A program made the position numbers and the translations under genes. From Candidatus Poriferisocius sp. (lineage in GTDB: Bacteria > Actinomycetota > Acidimicrobiia > Acidimicrobiales > Bin134), in NCBI RefSeq assembly GCF_965219815.1, contig NZ_OZ244791.1, positions 2,604,491 through 2,668,490 of the forward strand: a stretch of 64,000 bases of DNA. The letters run 5' to 3'. Shown in pieces: positions 42,343 to 52,369 of this stretch; positions within the stretch are counted from its first letter, which is position 1; the number at the start of each line of letters is the position of its first letter. The notes beneath the pieces are model-generated. The model worked only from the letters and a program-made list of their open reading frames with translations, was not told where the DNA came from and searched no databases.

Positions 42343-43542
42343 TCAGGCCGTGCCCGCCACCCCGGCCTGGATCATGGCGGCGATCTCCTCGGGGCTGTAG
42401 CCCGCTTCGGCCAGGATCTCCTCGCTGTGCTGGCCCAGCACCGGGGGAGGCCCGGCAATCCCGCCGGGGGTGTCGTGGAGCCCGATCACCGGACCCAGCT
42501 GGGGGATCTCCCCCAATGTGGCGTGCTCCACCGATTGCACCAGTCCGGCCTGCTTCACCTGGGGGTGGTTGAGGATCTGCGAGAAGGTGTGGACCGGCCC
42601 GAACAGCGCCCGGTGCTGGTTGAACGACTCCTCCCACTCCGCACTGGTCCGGGTGATGAAGATGCTTTGCAGGTATTCAGTGAGGTCGGCGCGGGCGTCC
42701 ACCCGCTGCTGGTTGGTCAGATAGCGCTCGTCGGCGGCCAACTCCGGCTCTCCGATGGCCCGGCAGAAGCGCTCCCACCCGTCGGCGCCGCCCCACACGC
42801 CGGTCACCACGTGGCCGTCGGCGGTCTGGAACGCCTCATAGGGCACCACCACGCTGTGGGCGCTGCCGTGGCGCTCGGGATCCTCACCGTCCACCCAGTG
42901 CGAGGCCAGCCGGGTGGTGAGCGACGACATCAGGGCGAAGAGCATCGACACGTCGATGAGCTGGCCCTTGCCGGTTTGCTGTCGGGCAAACAGGCCGAGC
43001 ATGGCGGCCTGGGCGGTGACCAATGCACCGGTGAAATCGGCCATCGGTACCCCCACCAGGTTCGGGCCCCGATCAGGCTCCCCGGTCACCGACATGACCC
43101 CCGAAACGGCCTGGACCACCGGGTCGGTTCCCGGATAGGGGGCCAGCGGACCCTCTGGTCCGAAGGCGGTGAGGGAGATGTACACGATCTGGTCGTTGAT
43201 GGCCGACAGGGCGTCGTAGCCGATGCCGATCTCGTCGGCCACGCCGGGCCGGTAGCTGGTGACCACCACGTCGACGGTGGCCACCAGGCGATGGACCGCC
43301 TCGAGCCCCTCGGGATTGCGCATGTCCAGCGCAAGGCTGCGCTTGCCTCGATTCCAGATGAGGAACAGCGCGCTCTCTCCGTCGATGAATGCGGTGCCCA
43401 CACCGCGGGCGCCGTCGCCGTGGGGAAGGCTCTCCACCTTAATGACGTCGGCCCCGTAGTCGCCCAGAATCATGGTGCCGTAGGGGCCGGCCATGTGGCG
43501 GGTGAAGTCCAGCACCCGGATGCCGTCGAGGGGCTTGGTCAT
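42343..43542 (-). CDS. Family III CoA-transferase (CaiB/BaiF)
   Basis: ORF track, 399 aa. Motifs seen are LDGIRVLDFTRHMAGPYGTMILGDYGADVIKVE, and GPEGPLAPYPGTDPVVQAVSGVMSVTG containing the catalytic-Asp region. Confidence 0.9.
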   Translation of the reverse strand: MTKPLDGIRVLDFTRHMAGPYGTMILGDYGADVIKVESLPHGDGARGVGTAFIDGESALFLIWNRGKRSLALDMRNPEGLEAVHRLVATVDVVVTSYRPGVADEIGIGYDALSAINDQIVYISLTAFGPEGPLAPYPGTDPVVQAVSGVMSVTGEPDRGPNLVGVPMADFTGALVTAQAAMLGLFARQQTGKGQLIDVSMLFALMSSLTTRLASHWVDGEDPERHGSAHSVVVPYEAFQTADGHVVTGVWGGADGWERFCRAIGEPELAADERYLTNQQRVDARADLTEYLQSIFITRTSAEWEESFNQHRALFGPVHTFSQILNHPQVKQAGLVQSVEHATLGEIPQLGPVIGLHDTPGGIAGPPPVLGQHSEEILAEAGYSPEEIAAMIQAGVAGTA

Positions 43543-44726
43543 GCCTGGCCTCCCGACAGGTCTTCTCCGACGAGCTTGTCCAACCCGATTTCGGCCAGGA
43601 CCTCGGCGGTGTCGGCACCCAGTTCAGGAGGGGGCGGCAGATCGGACAGATCGGGCTGGGCCGCCTCGTTCGGGTTCGAGGAGAGCTGCACCGGTGAGGC
43701 GGCCATTTGAACTCGCCCTCCGGGAAGCTCGGTTCCCCGGAGCACCCGGTTGACGGCGGCGTGGTCGCTGCTGACCGCCTCGTCGAGGGTGAGTATGGGG
43801 GCGAACGGTATCTCGGCTTCGTCGAGAAGGCGGTTCCAGTCGTCGAAGGTGCGCTGACTGATGGCCTCGGCGATCAGCGGGAACTCGTCGTCGTATCCGA
43901 AGTCCATGCTGTGGGTCCACTCTCCCCGCGCCCGGAGTTGGTGTAGGTCGGTGAGGTCGCAGAACCGCTCCCAGGCCACCTTCTCCAGCGGGCAGATGAG
44001 CAGGGCGCGGTGGTCGGAGGTGGCGTACATGGCATAGCGCGATCCCAACGAGCGGTACTCGTGCCAGGGCTCGTCGTTGTTCACCCAGGTATTCACATCG
44101 CGCCAGTTCCACCACAGTGCGGTGTTCCAAATGGAGGTGTGTACGAACTGGGGTCCGCCACCCCGGTCTCGCTTGACGATGGCGGCCAGCACCCCCATGG
44201 CGCCGAAGACCCCGGCCAAAAGCACGCCGGCCGAGCGCCACCCGACTCTGGTTTGGGGCTGGCCGTCGTTCCACTCCACCTCGACCCGCCCGGCCAGAGC
44301 GTCCATGTTCTGACCGTGGGCCTTGTACTCGGCCCACGGTCCGGCCAGCCCGTAGCCCGAGATCACGCAGTACACCAGTTGCGGGTTGGCCTCGAGCAGG
44401 GTGTGGAAGTCGAGCCCTCGGCGAACCGCGTCCTTGGGACGGGCGCCGACGATCACCGCGTCGGCCCAGGCGGTGATCCCGGCCACCACGTCGGGCCAGT
44501 GGGGCGAGCGGGTGCTGATTGCGATGCTGCGGGTGCCGGGGTTGAGGGCGAGGTGCAGATCGCTGACCCCGGCGATCTTGGGATCGTTGCCCCGGTTGCC
44601 GTCGCCCTGAACCGGGTGTTCGACCTTGATGACGTCGGCACCCATCTCCACCAGCAGGTGCGAGGCCAGCGGCCCCGACATGTGGGTGGAGAAGTCGACG
44701 ATGCGCAGCGGCTCCGGCTGGGTCAT
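43539..44726 (-). CDS. Family III CoA-transferase (CaiB/BaiF), second copy
   Basis: ORF track, 395 aa. Motifs seen are LRIVDFSTHMSGPLASHLLVEMGADVIKVEHP and SGYGLAGPWAEYKAHGQNMDALAG. There is a 4-nt overlap with the downstream transferase. Confidence 0.88.
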   Translation of the reverse strand: MTQPEPLRIVDFSTHMSGPLASHLLVEMGADVIKVEHPVQGDGNRGNDPKIAGVSDLHLALNPGTRSIAISTRSPHWPDVVAGITAWADAVIVGARPKDAVRRGLDFHTLLEANPQLVYCVISGYGLAGPWAEYKAHGQNMDALAGRVEVEWNDGQPQTRVGWRSAGVLLAGVFGAMGVLAAIVKRDRGGGPQFVHTSIWNTALWWNWRDVNTWVNNDEPWHEYRSLGSRYAMYATSDHRALLICPLEKVAWERFCDLTDLHQLRARGEWTHSMDFGYDDEFPLIAEAISQRTFDDWNRLLDEAEIPFAPILTLDEAVSSDHAAVNRVLRGTELPGGRVQMAASPVQLSSNPNEAAQPDLSDLPPPPELGADTAEVLAEIGLDKLVGEDLSGGQA

Positions 44727-44733
44727 TGTGCGG

Positions 44734-45540
44734 TCATCCGAGGATGGCCAGGATCTGGCGAGACTGGCACAGCAGGGTGCCGTCTGGCGCCCAGATGTCG
44801 AGGTCCCAATCCAGGTAGCCGCCGCGCACCAGCCCGGTGCGCGACCGCAGCAGCACCATGTCGTCGGCCTCTGCCTGAGACAGGTCGGCCCGGAAATAGG
44901 TGGTGTGGTCCAAGGTGGCGGTGGTGTACATGCGGTCGAGGCGCACCCACCAGCCCATCATCCCGATATCTCCGATCATCAGCAGACCGGGGGCGTCGAT
45001 GGGGCGGGCCTGGGCGAAGCCGGCCCATCCCACCCGCTCCATGGGGCCGTCGGGCGCGGTGAATGGTTTCGGTCCGAGGCGGTCCTGCATGACCACGTTG
45101 TCGCCGTACGGATAGGCGAATTCGGGCACATAACCGTCGGTCTCTCTTCCCGGTGTGGGCGGGGCCACCTCGGGCATGGGCAGCTCGTCGAACTCGGGGC
45201 TGGGCCGGTCGGTGGCGAAGCTGGCCAACGCGGTGGCGATCAGTTTGTTGCCCTGCACCACCCGGGCCGCAGTGCTGATGAGCGTGCGGCCCGTGCGGAG
45301 CACGTCGGTCTGCACCTCGTAGTCGCCCTCGCCCGGCGCTCGCAGCAGATGGGCGGTGAACGACAGCGGGCGGTACTGGGCGTCGGTGACCATGGCCGCC
45401 AGTCCGGCCATCAACTGCGCCTCCACCAGCCCGGCAGGCACACGGCCTGAGGCCATCCACGACGGGGGCGTGGAGGTGAGAAAGCGCCCGTCGCCCAGTG
45501 GCGTGTGGGCGATGGCCTCATCGAATGATGCTGCGGTCAC
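44734..45540 (-). CDS. Acyl-CoA thioesterase-like double hot-dog protein
   Basis: ORF track (GTG start), 268 aa. The overall pattern resembles TesB-like thioesterases (N-terminal F.EA...TPLGDGRF.. and a C-terminal LDHTTYFR..DW region). The assignment is by resemblance only. Confidence 0.55.
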   Translation of the reverse strand: MTAASFDEAIAHTPLGDGRFLTSTPPSWMASGRVPAGLVEAQLMAGLAAMVTDAQYRPLSFTAHLLRAPGEGDYEVQTDVLRTGRTLISTAARVVQGNKLIATALASFATDRPSPEFDELPMPEVAPPTPGRETDGYVPEFAYPYGDNVVMQDRLGPKPFTAPDGPMERVGWAGFAQARPIDAPGLLMIGDIGMMGWWVRLDRMYTTATLDHTTYFRADLSQAEADDMVLLRSRTGLVRGGYLDWDLDIWAPDGTLLCQSRQILAILG

Positions 45541-46616
45541 ATGGCCCCCAGTGCCTCGGCCACCTCGTCGGCCACGGGGGCCAACGAGGCAGGGATGTCC
45601 TCGACGGGCATGGGCGGGACTTCAGCCAGCGCCGGTATGACCTCGCGTCCCATGGTGTCGAGATAGTCGATCACCTCGTCGATGGCCATTTGGGGCCATT
45701 GGGGCTTCACCACGAACGGATCTATAGGCAGCTCTCGAGCCACCTCGGTGAAGTGGTCGATCACCTGTTGGGCCGTGCCCACCGCCACCGAGTGCTTCAC
45801 CTCCTCGAAGAAGTTCGTCATAAGCGCTTCCTCGTCCAATATGTCGAGTTCCTTGCGGGCGTAGGCGAGATATCGCTCCTTGCTGACATCCACGAACCTG
45901 GCTCTTGCCTCCTCGTTGGTGGCGCCCACGAAAGCGTTGCGCCGCAAGGGCTGATGGCCCATCGGCTTGCCCCGATCTGCAAATCCCGCGGCCATGATGC
46001 CCAAGCGGACCCGCATCTCATGGATGTCGTACTCCGGCGGGATGATGAACCGGTCGCCCACTCGACCCGCCCGCCGGGCGCCCTTGCGGGAGTGCGCTCC
46101 CATCCAAATGGGGGGATGGGGCTGCTGCACGCACTGGATGTGGGGCGTGGCTCCCTGAATCTGCCAATGCTGGCCGTGGTAGTCGAAGTCCTCCATGGCC
46201 CAGCACAGCTTCATGATGTCGAGGCACTCGTCGAACAGGCTTACCCGCTTGTTGAAAGGGACGTTCATCAAGTCGAATTCTTCAGTCCGATATCCGAGCC
46301 CTAATCCGATATCGAGGCGACCTCGGGTGACGATGTCGAGGGTGGCCAGCTCCTCGGCCAGGATCACCGGGTGGTATTTGGGGACCAGCAGCACGGTGGT
46401 GGCCAGCCGCACGTGGTCGTCGATTTCTGCTGCCAAGCGGGCCAGGAGGGGAACCGGCTGGAGCCAGCGCAGGTCGCCGTACAAGAAGTGCTGCCCGATC
46501 ACGAAATGGCTGAGGCCGTTGCGCTGGCCGGCCTCCACTTGGCGCAGGATGCCGTCGAACTGCTCGATGGGGTCTACCTCGCGCGGCACGTCGCTGATGA
46601 TCATGCCGAACTGCAT
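45537..46616 (-). CDS. Luciferase-like monooxygenase (LLM class)
   Basis: Track ORF 45537..46742 trimmed to the ATG at 46616 (MQFGMIISDVPRE). Motifs seen are GLSHFVIGQHF and LVPKYHPVILAEELATLDIVTRGRLDIGLGLGYRTEEFD. The stop overlaps the thioesterase GTG (GTGA). Confidence 0.85.
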   Translation of the reverse strand: MQFGMIISDVPREVDPIEQFDGILRQVEAGQRNGLSHFVIGQHFLYGDLRWLQPVPLLARLAAEIDDHVRLATTVLLVPKYHPVILAEELATLDIVTRGRLDIGLGLGYRTEEFDLMNVPFNKRVSLFDECLDIMKLCWAMEDFDYHGQHWQIQGATPHIQCVQQPHPPIWMGAHSRKGARRAGRVGDRFIIPPEYDIHEMRVRLGIMAAGFADRGKPMGHQPLRRNAFVGATNEEARARFVDVSKERYLAYARKELDILDEEALMTNFFEEVKHSVAVGTAQQVIDHFTEVARELPIDPFVVKPQWPQMAIDEVIDYLDTMGREVIPALAEVPPMPVEDIPASLAPVADEVAEALGAM

Positions 46617-46624
46617 GGGATCCC

Positions 46625-47881
46625 TTAGACGTCGATGCCGTAGAGCTCGGCGGCGTTGTCCTGGAGCACGCGGCGGCGGACATGGGGATCGACGCCGGCC
46701 AGAACCCGGGTAAAGTGCTCTCGGGCGCCCGGGAACAGGCACGTCGGATGGGGGACGTCGGTCTCCACCAGCACGTTGTTGACCCCGACGTCTTCAATGA
46801 GCTTGGCCGGGGCCGACCGCTCGAACCAGAACATGACCCAGATGTGGTCGTTGAAATACTCCCGGGGGCGGCGGGTGTTCAGGGCCAGCTCGTGGGCTTC
46901 GGTGACCATCTCGTCGTACTGGTACTCGAGGGCTTCGAGGATGAAGGGAACCCAGCCGATGCCGCTCTCGGCCGAGACGACCTTGAGGTTGGGGTAGCGG
47001 TCGAACAGGTCGCTCATGCAGAGGTTGACGATGATGCGCACGTTGCTCATGTACATCTGGGTGGCGTGGATGGCGAGGCGACGCTGGTGGTCGAATTGCC
47101 CCCACCAGGTGTTGGGGGCCACGGGAATGGGCCGGGGCAGGTCGTCGGGGCCAGCCTCGCCGCCCACCCGGGCCTGCTGGAAGCGGGCGCCTCGGATGCT
47201 CTCCATCTCGGCCCGGCTCATGCCGGCGCCGATGTGGAAGTTGGCCACCGCTCCCGACTGGTTGAACAGGTCCCACATGGGGGCGAAATAGGGTTCCCAC
47301 AGCTCGGGGAGGCCCACCATCTCGGGCTTGTCGGAGAGGGTGAACCCGGTGATGCCCTTGTCCAACAGCCGGGTCATCTCCGCCACGGTGAACTCCATAT
47401 CCCAGATCGGGAGCATGGCCTGGGGGAACAGTCGGCCGTTCGACTCGTGCTGGATGTCGACGAAGAAGTCGTTGTAGATCTCCAAGACCATCCGTCGCTG
47501 CGCCAGATCCTCGATGGCGAAGACGTGGTTGGAGGAGAAGCCGACGCCGTTGGGGTAGAGGATCTGGGCATGCACCCCGATCTCGTCGCAGAGTTCGAGC
47601 CGCTCCTTCACTGCCCAGGCGCTGGTGTCGATGACGTCGAAGGGCTGGACCACGTGGCTGCCCAGGATCTTCTCCTGGCCGGTTTGGATGGTGTTCCCGC
47701 CGGTACTGGCCCACAGCTCGCCGTCCAGATACCAGGCGGTGACGCCGTCGACCGTCTTCTGCACCGGCACTCGGTGGTGCATGGCGGCGGGGGCCCGGGC
47801 CGTCCACAGCTCGGGCGGCTCGGTGAAATGGGAATCGCAGTCGATAATCTTCAGGCCGTCTAGCGGGTCATGTGCGTTCAT
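46625..47881 (-). CDS. Amidohydrolase-2 family protein (ACMSD-like metal-dependent hydrolase/decarboxylase)
   Basis: ORF track, 418 aa. The N-terminal KIIDCDSHFTEPPELW, the later NFHIGAG, and VETDVPHP (metal ligands) are typical of PF04909-type enzymes. Confidence 0.8.
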   Translation of the reverse strand: MNAHDPLDGLKIIDCDSHFTEPPELWTARAPAAMHHRVPVQKTVDGVTAWYLDGELWASTGGNTIQTGQEKILGSHVVQPFDVIDTSAWAVKERLELCDEIGVHAQILYPNGVGFSSNHVFAIEDLAQRRMVLEIYNDFFVDIQHESNGRLFPQAMLPIWDMEFTVAEMTRLLDKGITGFTLSDKPEMVGLPELWEPYFAPMWDLFNQSGAVANFHIGAGMSRAEMESIRGARFQQARVGGEAGPDDLPRPIPVAPNTWWGQFDHQRRLAIHATQMYMSNVRIIVNLCMSDLFDRYPNLKVVSAESGIGWVPFILEALEYQYDEMVTEAHELALNTRRPREYFNDHIWVMFWFERSAPAKLIEDVGVNNVLVETDVPHPTCLFPGAREHFTRVLAGVDPHVRRRVLQDNAAELYGIDV

Positions 47882-47953
47882 GGCGTTCTTTCCTTGCTGC
47901 GACGGCTAAATCGATCATCGTAAATGGAAGAGTTCTTGCTCACGGGGGTTTCA

Positions 47954-48721
47954 ATGGGAGTGCTCGATGGAAGAGTAGCGGTCATAACCGCTTCCGGTTC
48001 AGGCATGGGCCGGGCCGCGGCCAGGCGCATGGCCTCCGAGGGCGCTCATGTGGTGGTGGCCGATCTTCGCGCCGAAGCCGCCGCTGAGACTGTGGCTTTG
48101 ATCGCCGATGCGGGGGGCGCGGCGAGCGCCTTCACCGTTGATGTCAGCGATGTGGCTCAGATTGAAGAGCTGATGGCCGAGGTCGGCTCGACTCACGGCA
48201 AGATCGACGTTCTCTACGCCCACGCCGGCATACCCGGTCCGGCCGGGCTCAACATGAGCGAGGCCGACTACGAAGAGACCGCGGCCATCAACATGAAATC
48301 GGCCTTCTTCACCGTTGCCCGGGCGGTGCCCTTGTTGGAGGCGTCGGGCAACGCGTCAATCATCCTCACCGCTTCCACATCCGGGGTGGTGGGCTCACCG
48401 TTCTCGCCGCTGTACTCGATGACCAAGGGGGCAATCGTGACGTTCGGCAAGTCGCTGGCTCTGGCCCTAGCCCCCAAGGTTCGGGCCAACGTCATCTGCC
48501 CCGGCCCAGTGGACACACCCATGCTTCCGCTGTTCTTCGGACGGGATCCCGGCACCGACGTCAAACCCCTGATGAAGGAGTCTCTGGAGACTTCGGTGCC
48601 CTTGCAGCGCCCATCGCAGCCCGAGGAGATCGCCGAAGTCGCGCTGTTCTTGGCCAGCGATGCCAGCAGTTTCGTGACCGGGGTCGCACTCCCGGTTGAC
48701 GGCGGCTACCTGGCCCGATGA
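47954..48721 (+). CDS. Short-chain dehydrogenase/reductase
   Basis: Track ORF 47924..48721 trimmed to the ATG at 47954 (MGVLDGRVAVITASGSGMGRAAA). Motifs seen are NMKSAFF, YSMTKGA (Tyr-x3-Lys) and PGPVDTPM. Confidence 0.88.
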   Translation: MGVLDGRVAVITASGSGMGRAAARRMASEGAHVVVADLRAEAAAETVALIADAGGAASAFTVDVSDVAQIEELMAEVGSTHGKIDVLYAHAGIPGPAGLNMSEADYEETAAINMKSAFFTVARAVPLLEASGNASIILTASTSGVVGSPFSPLYSMTKGAIVTFGKSLALALAPKVRANVICPGPVDTPMLPLFFGRDPGTDVKPLMKESLETSVPLQRPSQPEEIAEVALFLASDASSFVTGVALPVDGGYLAR

Positions 48722-48725
48722 CCCA

Positions 48726-51044
48726 GTGAGTGCCGGAAGGTTTATCGGACAGCGGGTTCTTCGCAAGGAGGACCGGCGGCTCACCGCCGGTAGGGGTACC
48801 TACATCGCCAACATGGAGGTGCCGGGCATGCTGCATGCCCGGTTCGTGCGCAGCAGCGTGGCCCGGGGGCTGGTTCGAGGCATAGGCACCGAAGCGGCCA
48901 AGGCCCACCCTGGGGTAGTGGATGTACTGACCGCGGCGGAGTTGAATCCGCGGGCCGGCCCGATGTTCGCGGCCCTGATCGGCGACCAGGTGCCCTACCC
49001 GCCCCTGCGGGCCCTGGCTGAAGGTGACGTCCGCTATGTGGGCGAGCCTGTCGCCATGGTTGTGGCCGACACCCCTTATGCCGCTTGGGATGCCGCTGAA
49101 CTGGTTGAGGTGGACATAGAGACGCAGACGCCAGTGATCGGAGCTCAGGTCGCCTTGGAGAACAACGTTGATTTGGTCCACCCCGAACGCGATTCCAACG
49201 AGGCCCAGTCGATGCCGCCTACCGACCCGCCGGAGCTCGATGGGGTGTTCGAATCGGCCGCCCATGTGGTGACCCGCAGGTTCACCCAGTCGCGCGCCAC
49301 CAACGCGCCGATGGAACCCCGCGGCATCATCGCCAGCTGGACGCCGTTTGCCGACACCCTCGAAGCCTGGGTGTCGTCGCAAAATCCCCATGAGTACCAC
49401 GTTCACTTTGCCAACCTGCTCGGGGTGGCCCATCACCAGGTTCAGGTGCGTATGGGCGATATCGGAGGCGGGTTCGGCCAGAAGATGATGGTCACTCGGG
49501 ACGAGGATTGCATCGTGCTGGCCAGCCGGCATCTGTGCCGGCCGATCAAGTGGATCGAGGACCGCAGCGAGAACCTGATCGCGGCCAACCAGGCTCGAGC
49601 CGAGGTGCTAGACGTGTCGATGGCGCTGGACGCCGATGCCCGGATCCTGGGGTGCCGGGTGCGCCATGTAGAGGATGTCGGTGCCTATGCGGTGGGCGGG
49701 CACAGCAGCGCATCGGGCAACCTGGCCCGGTTCTTCCCCGGCCCGTACCGCGTTCCGCTCTACGGGTTTGCCAGCCGGTCGGCCTACACCAACACCGTAG
49801 GGCGGGCGGCCTATCGAGGGCCGTGGCTGAGCGAGACCACCGCCCGAGAGCAGATGATCGACCATGTGGCCCGCGAGCTGGGTATCGACCCATTGGAGCT
49901 GCGGCGCCGCAACACGGTTACCGCCGACGAGCTTCCCTACACCACCGCCACCGGCATGGTGTATGAGAACGTGTCGTTGCAGGAGTGCCTGGACCAGGCC
50001 GCCCAGATGGTGGACTACGACGGGTTCCGCCAGCGCCAGCAGGAAGCCCGGGCCCAGGGCCGTTACCTCGGTTTGGGCATCAGCTCTTATGTGGAGCCCT
50101 CGGGCATGGCGTGGGCATCGTTGGCCACCGAGCAGGTGACCATCCGGATCGACCCCAGCGGCATCGTGCGAGTCTTCATGGGCAGCGGCGACCACGGGCA
50201 GAGCCTGGCCACCACCATGGCCCAACTGGTGGCCGAGCATCTGGGTTGCGCGCTGGACGACATCGAGTTCGTGCAGGGCGATACCGCCGCCACCCCTTTT
50301 GGGGCCGGCACCGGCGGCAGCCGATCGGCGGTCATCGGGGGCGGGGCGGCCATCGGCGCGGCCCGCGAACTGCACGACAAGGTGGCGGAGATTGCCGCCC
50401 ACCTCCTGGAGGCCGCCGCAGCCGACATCGAGGTGAGCGATGGGGTGGCCTCGGTGGCCGGCACCCCTGCCCGAAACATCACGCTGGGCGAGATTGCCGG
50501 GATCGCCTACCGCAGCACCGACCAACTCCCTCCGGGCATGGAACCGGGGCTCGAAGCCAGCAACCGGTATCAGCCGCCCAATGTGTTCACGTTTTCCAAT
50601 GCCACCCACATCTGCATCTGCGAGGTGGACATCGAGACCGGCCTGGTGTCCCTGGAGCGCTTCGTGGTCAGCGAGGACTGCGGCCGCATGATCAACCCCA
50701 TGGTGGTGGACGGCCAGATAGCCGGCGGCGTAGTGCAGGGCATCGGCGGCGTACTGTGGGAGAACATGGCCTACGACGACCAGGGCACCCCGCTGGCATC
50801 CACCTTCATGGACTACCTCATACCCAGCGCCCCCGAGCTGCCGCCCATCGAGTGCGGCCACATCGAGACTCTGTCGAACACCGAGGGCGGATTCAAGGGA
50901 ATGGGGGAGGGGGGCACCATCGGCGCCCCCGCGGCGGTGGCCAATGCCGTGGCCGACGCTCTGGCCCCGCTCGGCGTGCAGGTGGACACATTCCCCCTTG
51001 GGCCACGCGAAGTGTTCGAGCTCATCCAAAGAGCTCAGCAATGA
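48726..51044 (+). CDS. Molybdopterin-binding large subunit of the xanthine dehydrogenase / CO dehydrogenase family
   Basis: Track ORF 48696..51044. GTG at 48726 (VSAGRFIGQRVLRKEDRRLTAGRGTYIANM), 5 nt after the SDR stop, is the likely start. Motifs seen are the a/b-hammerhead N-terminus, GGGFGQK, GTGGSRS and KGMGEGGTIGAPAAVANAV. Confidence 0.88.
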   Translation: MSAGRFIGQRVLRKEDRRLTAGRGTYIANMEVPGMLHARFVRSSVARGLVRGIGTEAAKAHPGVVDVLTAAELNPRAGPMFAALIGDQVPYPPLRALAEGDVRYVGEPVAMVVADTPYAAWDAAELVEVDIETQTPVIGAQVALENNVDLVHPERDSNEAQSMPPTDPPELDGVFESAAHVVTRRFTQSRATNAPMEPRGIIASWTPFADTLEAWVSSQNPHEYHVHFANLLGVAHHQVQVRMGDIGGGFGQKMMVTRDEDCIVLASRHLCRPIKWIEDRSENLIAANQARAEVLDVSMALDADARILGCRVRHVEDVGAYAVGGHSSASGNLARFFPGPYRVPLYGFASRSAYTNTVGRAAYRGPWLSETTAREQMIDHVARELGIDPLELRRRNTVTADELPYTTATGMVYENVSLQECLDQAAQMVDYDGFRQRQQEARAQGRYLGLGISSYVEPSGMAWASLATEQVTIRIDPSGIVRVFMGSGDHGQSLATTMAQLVAEHLGCALDDIEFVQGDTAATPFGAGTGGSRSAVIGGGAAIGAARELHDKVAEIAAHLLEAAAADIEVSDGVASVAGTPARNITLGEIAGIAYRSTDQLPPGMEPGLEASNRYQPPNVFTFSNATHICICEVDIETGLVSLERFVVSEDCGRMINPMVVDGQIAGGVVQGIGGVLWENMAYDDQGTPLASTFMDYLIPSAPELPPIECGHIETLSNTEGGFKGMGEGGTIGAPAAVANAVADALAPLGVQVDTFPLGPREVFELIQRAQQ

Positions 51045-52369
51045 GCAGGAGCATCTCCATCGGCAGCGGGTCGGCCTATTCCACCGATCGGCTGGACTGG
51101 GCTCAGGAGCTGGCCGACAGCGGCCTGGTGGATTACATGGGCTTCGACTGCCTGGCCGAGCGGACCATGGCGCTGGCCCAAGTGCGCCGCCTTGATGACG
51201 AGACCGCGGGCCACGATCAGCGAATCCCCGAGCTCATGCGCCGCTTCACCGGCTTTCTGCGTCGCGGCGGAAAGATGGTGGGCAACTTCGGCGCGGCCAA
51301 TCCTGCCGCCGCGGCCGACGACGTGCTTCGGGGGCTGAAGCTCAACGGCGTCACCGGCGTGAGGGTCGGGGTGATCCACGGCGACGATGTGCTCGACCAT
51401 GTGCTCGACCAAGATCTAGAGCTGCCCGAAATGGGGGTGACCGCCCAGGCCATCGCCGCCCAAGTGGTATCGGCCAACGCCTACATCGGCGCCGATCCCA
51501 TAGTGGAGCTCCTAGACGAGGGCGCACAGTTCATCCTCGGCGGCCGTATCGCTGATCCGTCGCTCTACGTGGGGCCGATCGCCTATGAAATGGGCTGGGC
51601 GCTGTACGACTGGGAGAAGATGGGCACCGCAACCCTGGTGGCCCATCTTCTGGAGTGCGGCACCCACGCCACCGGCGGGAATTACGTGGATCCGCCCTAC
51701 CGGGTGCTGGACGACATCGTCCACCTCGGCTTTCCCCTGGCCCAGGTGAGCGAGGACGAGCTGATCATCACCAAGCTGGAGGGCACCGGTGGGGCGGTGG
51801 ACATCGGCACCATGAAGACGCAGTTGGCCTACGAAATCCACGACCCGGCGGCCTATCTCACGCCCGACAGCACCGCGGACTTCTCCCATGTGTGGGTGGA
51901 GGAAGTGGGTCCAAACCGGGTGCGGGTCGGCGGTGCCTCGGGCCGCCCCCGCCCTGACACTCTCAAGGTGCTGGTGGGGGTGGACCAGGGGTGGAAGGTG
52001 GTGACCGAGATCTCCTACGGCGGCGCGGGCTGCGTGGAGCGGGCCCAGCTGGCCGCGGAGGTGGTGGCCAAGCGCCTGGAGCCCTACCAGCCGGGCATCG
52101 ACGAGCTCCGCTACGACCTCCACGGTATGAGCGCCCTGTTCGACGGCCAGCTTCCCGGTGGCGACCCGGCTGAGGTGCGGCTTCGCATCGCAGCCCGCTG
52201 CGATGATCGGGAGACGGCAGACGCGGTGGCTTTCGAGGGGCAATTCCTGTGGATGGGACCGGCCGGGGGTGGCGGGGTCACCACCCAGATGGCGCCGGCC
52301 ATCGGGGTCACCCCGGCGCTGTTGCCCCGTGAGGATGTGAAGCTGATCACCGAGGTCATCGAGGCATGA
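51041..52369 (+). CDS. AtuA-like (DUF1446, acyclic terpene utilisation family) protein
   Basis: Track ORF 49985..52369 trimmed to the ATG at 51041 (MSRSISIGSGSAYSTDRLDWA), which overlaps the upstream TGA (ATGA). Motifs seen are YMGFDCLAERTMAL, ANAYIGADPIVELL, ILGGRIADPSL and ECGTHATGGNY. Confidence 0.75.
   Translation: MSRSISIGSGSAYSTDRLDWAQELADSGLVDYMGFDCLAERTMALAQVRRLDDETAGHDQRIPELMRRFTGFLRRGGKMVGNFGAANPAAAADDVLRGLKLNGVTGVRVGVIHGDDVLDHVLDQDLELPEMGVTAQAIAAQVVSANAYIGADPIVELLDEGAQFILGGRIADPSLYVGPIAYEMGWALYDWEKMGTATLVAHLLECGTHATGGNYVDPPYRVLDDIVHLGFPLAQVSEDELIITKLEGTGGAVDIGTMKTQLAYEIHDPAAYLTPDSTADFSHVWVEEVGPNRVRVGGASGRPRPDTLKVLVGVDQGWKVVTEISYGGAGCVERAQLAAEVVAKRLEPYQPGIDELRYDLHGMSALFDGQLPGGDPAEVRLRIAARCDDRETADAVAFEGQFLWMGPAGGGGVTTQMAPAIGVTPALLPREDVKLITEVIEA

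Noticed and set aside
46617-46742. The N-terminal 42-aa extension of the LLM ORF (track 45537..46742), which overlaps the amidohydrolase 3' end.
   Set aside because: The extension is Arg/Pro-rich, and LLM similarity starts at MQFGMIIS (ATG at 46616).
49985-51040. The 5' extension of track ORF 49985..52369 (794 aa), which lies inside the Mo-hydroxylase gene.
   Set aside because: It is an alternate-frame Arg/Gly/Pro-rich read-through of a clearly coding XDH-family gene. AtuA-like similarity starts at the ATG at 51041 with an ATGA junction.
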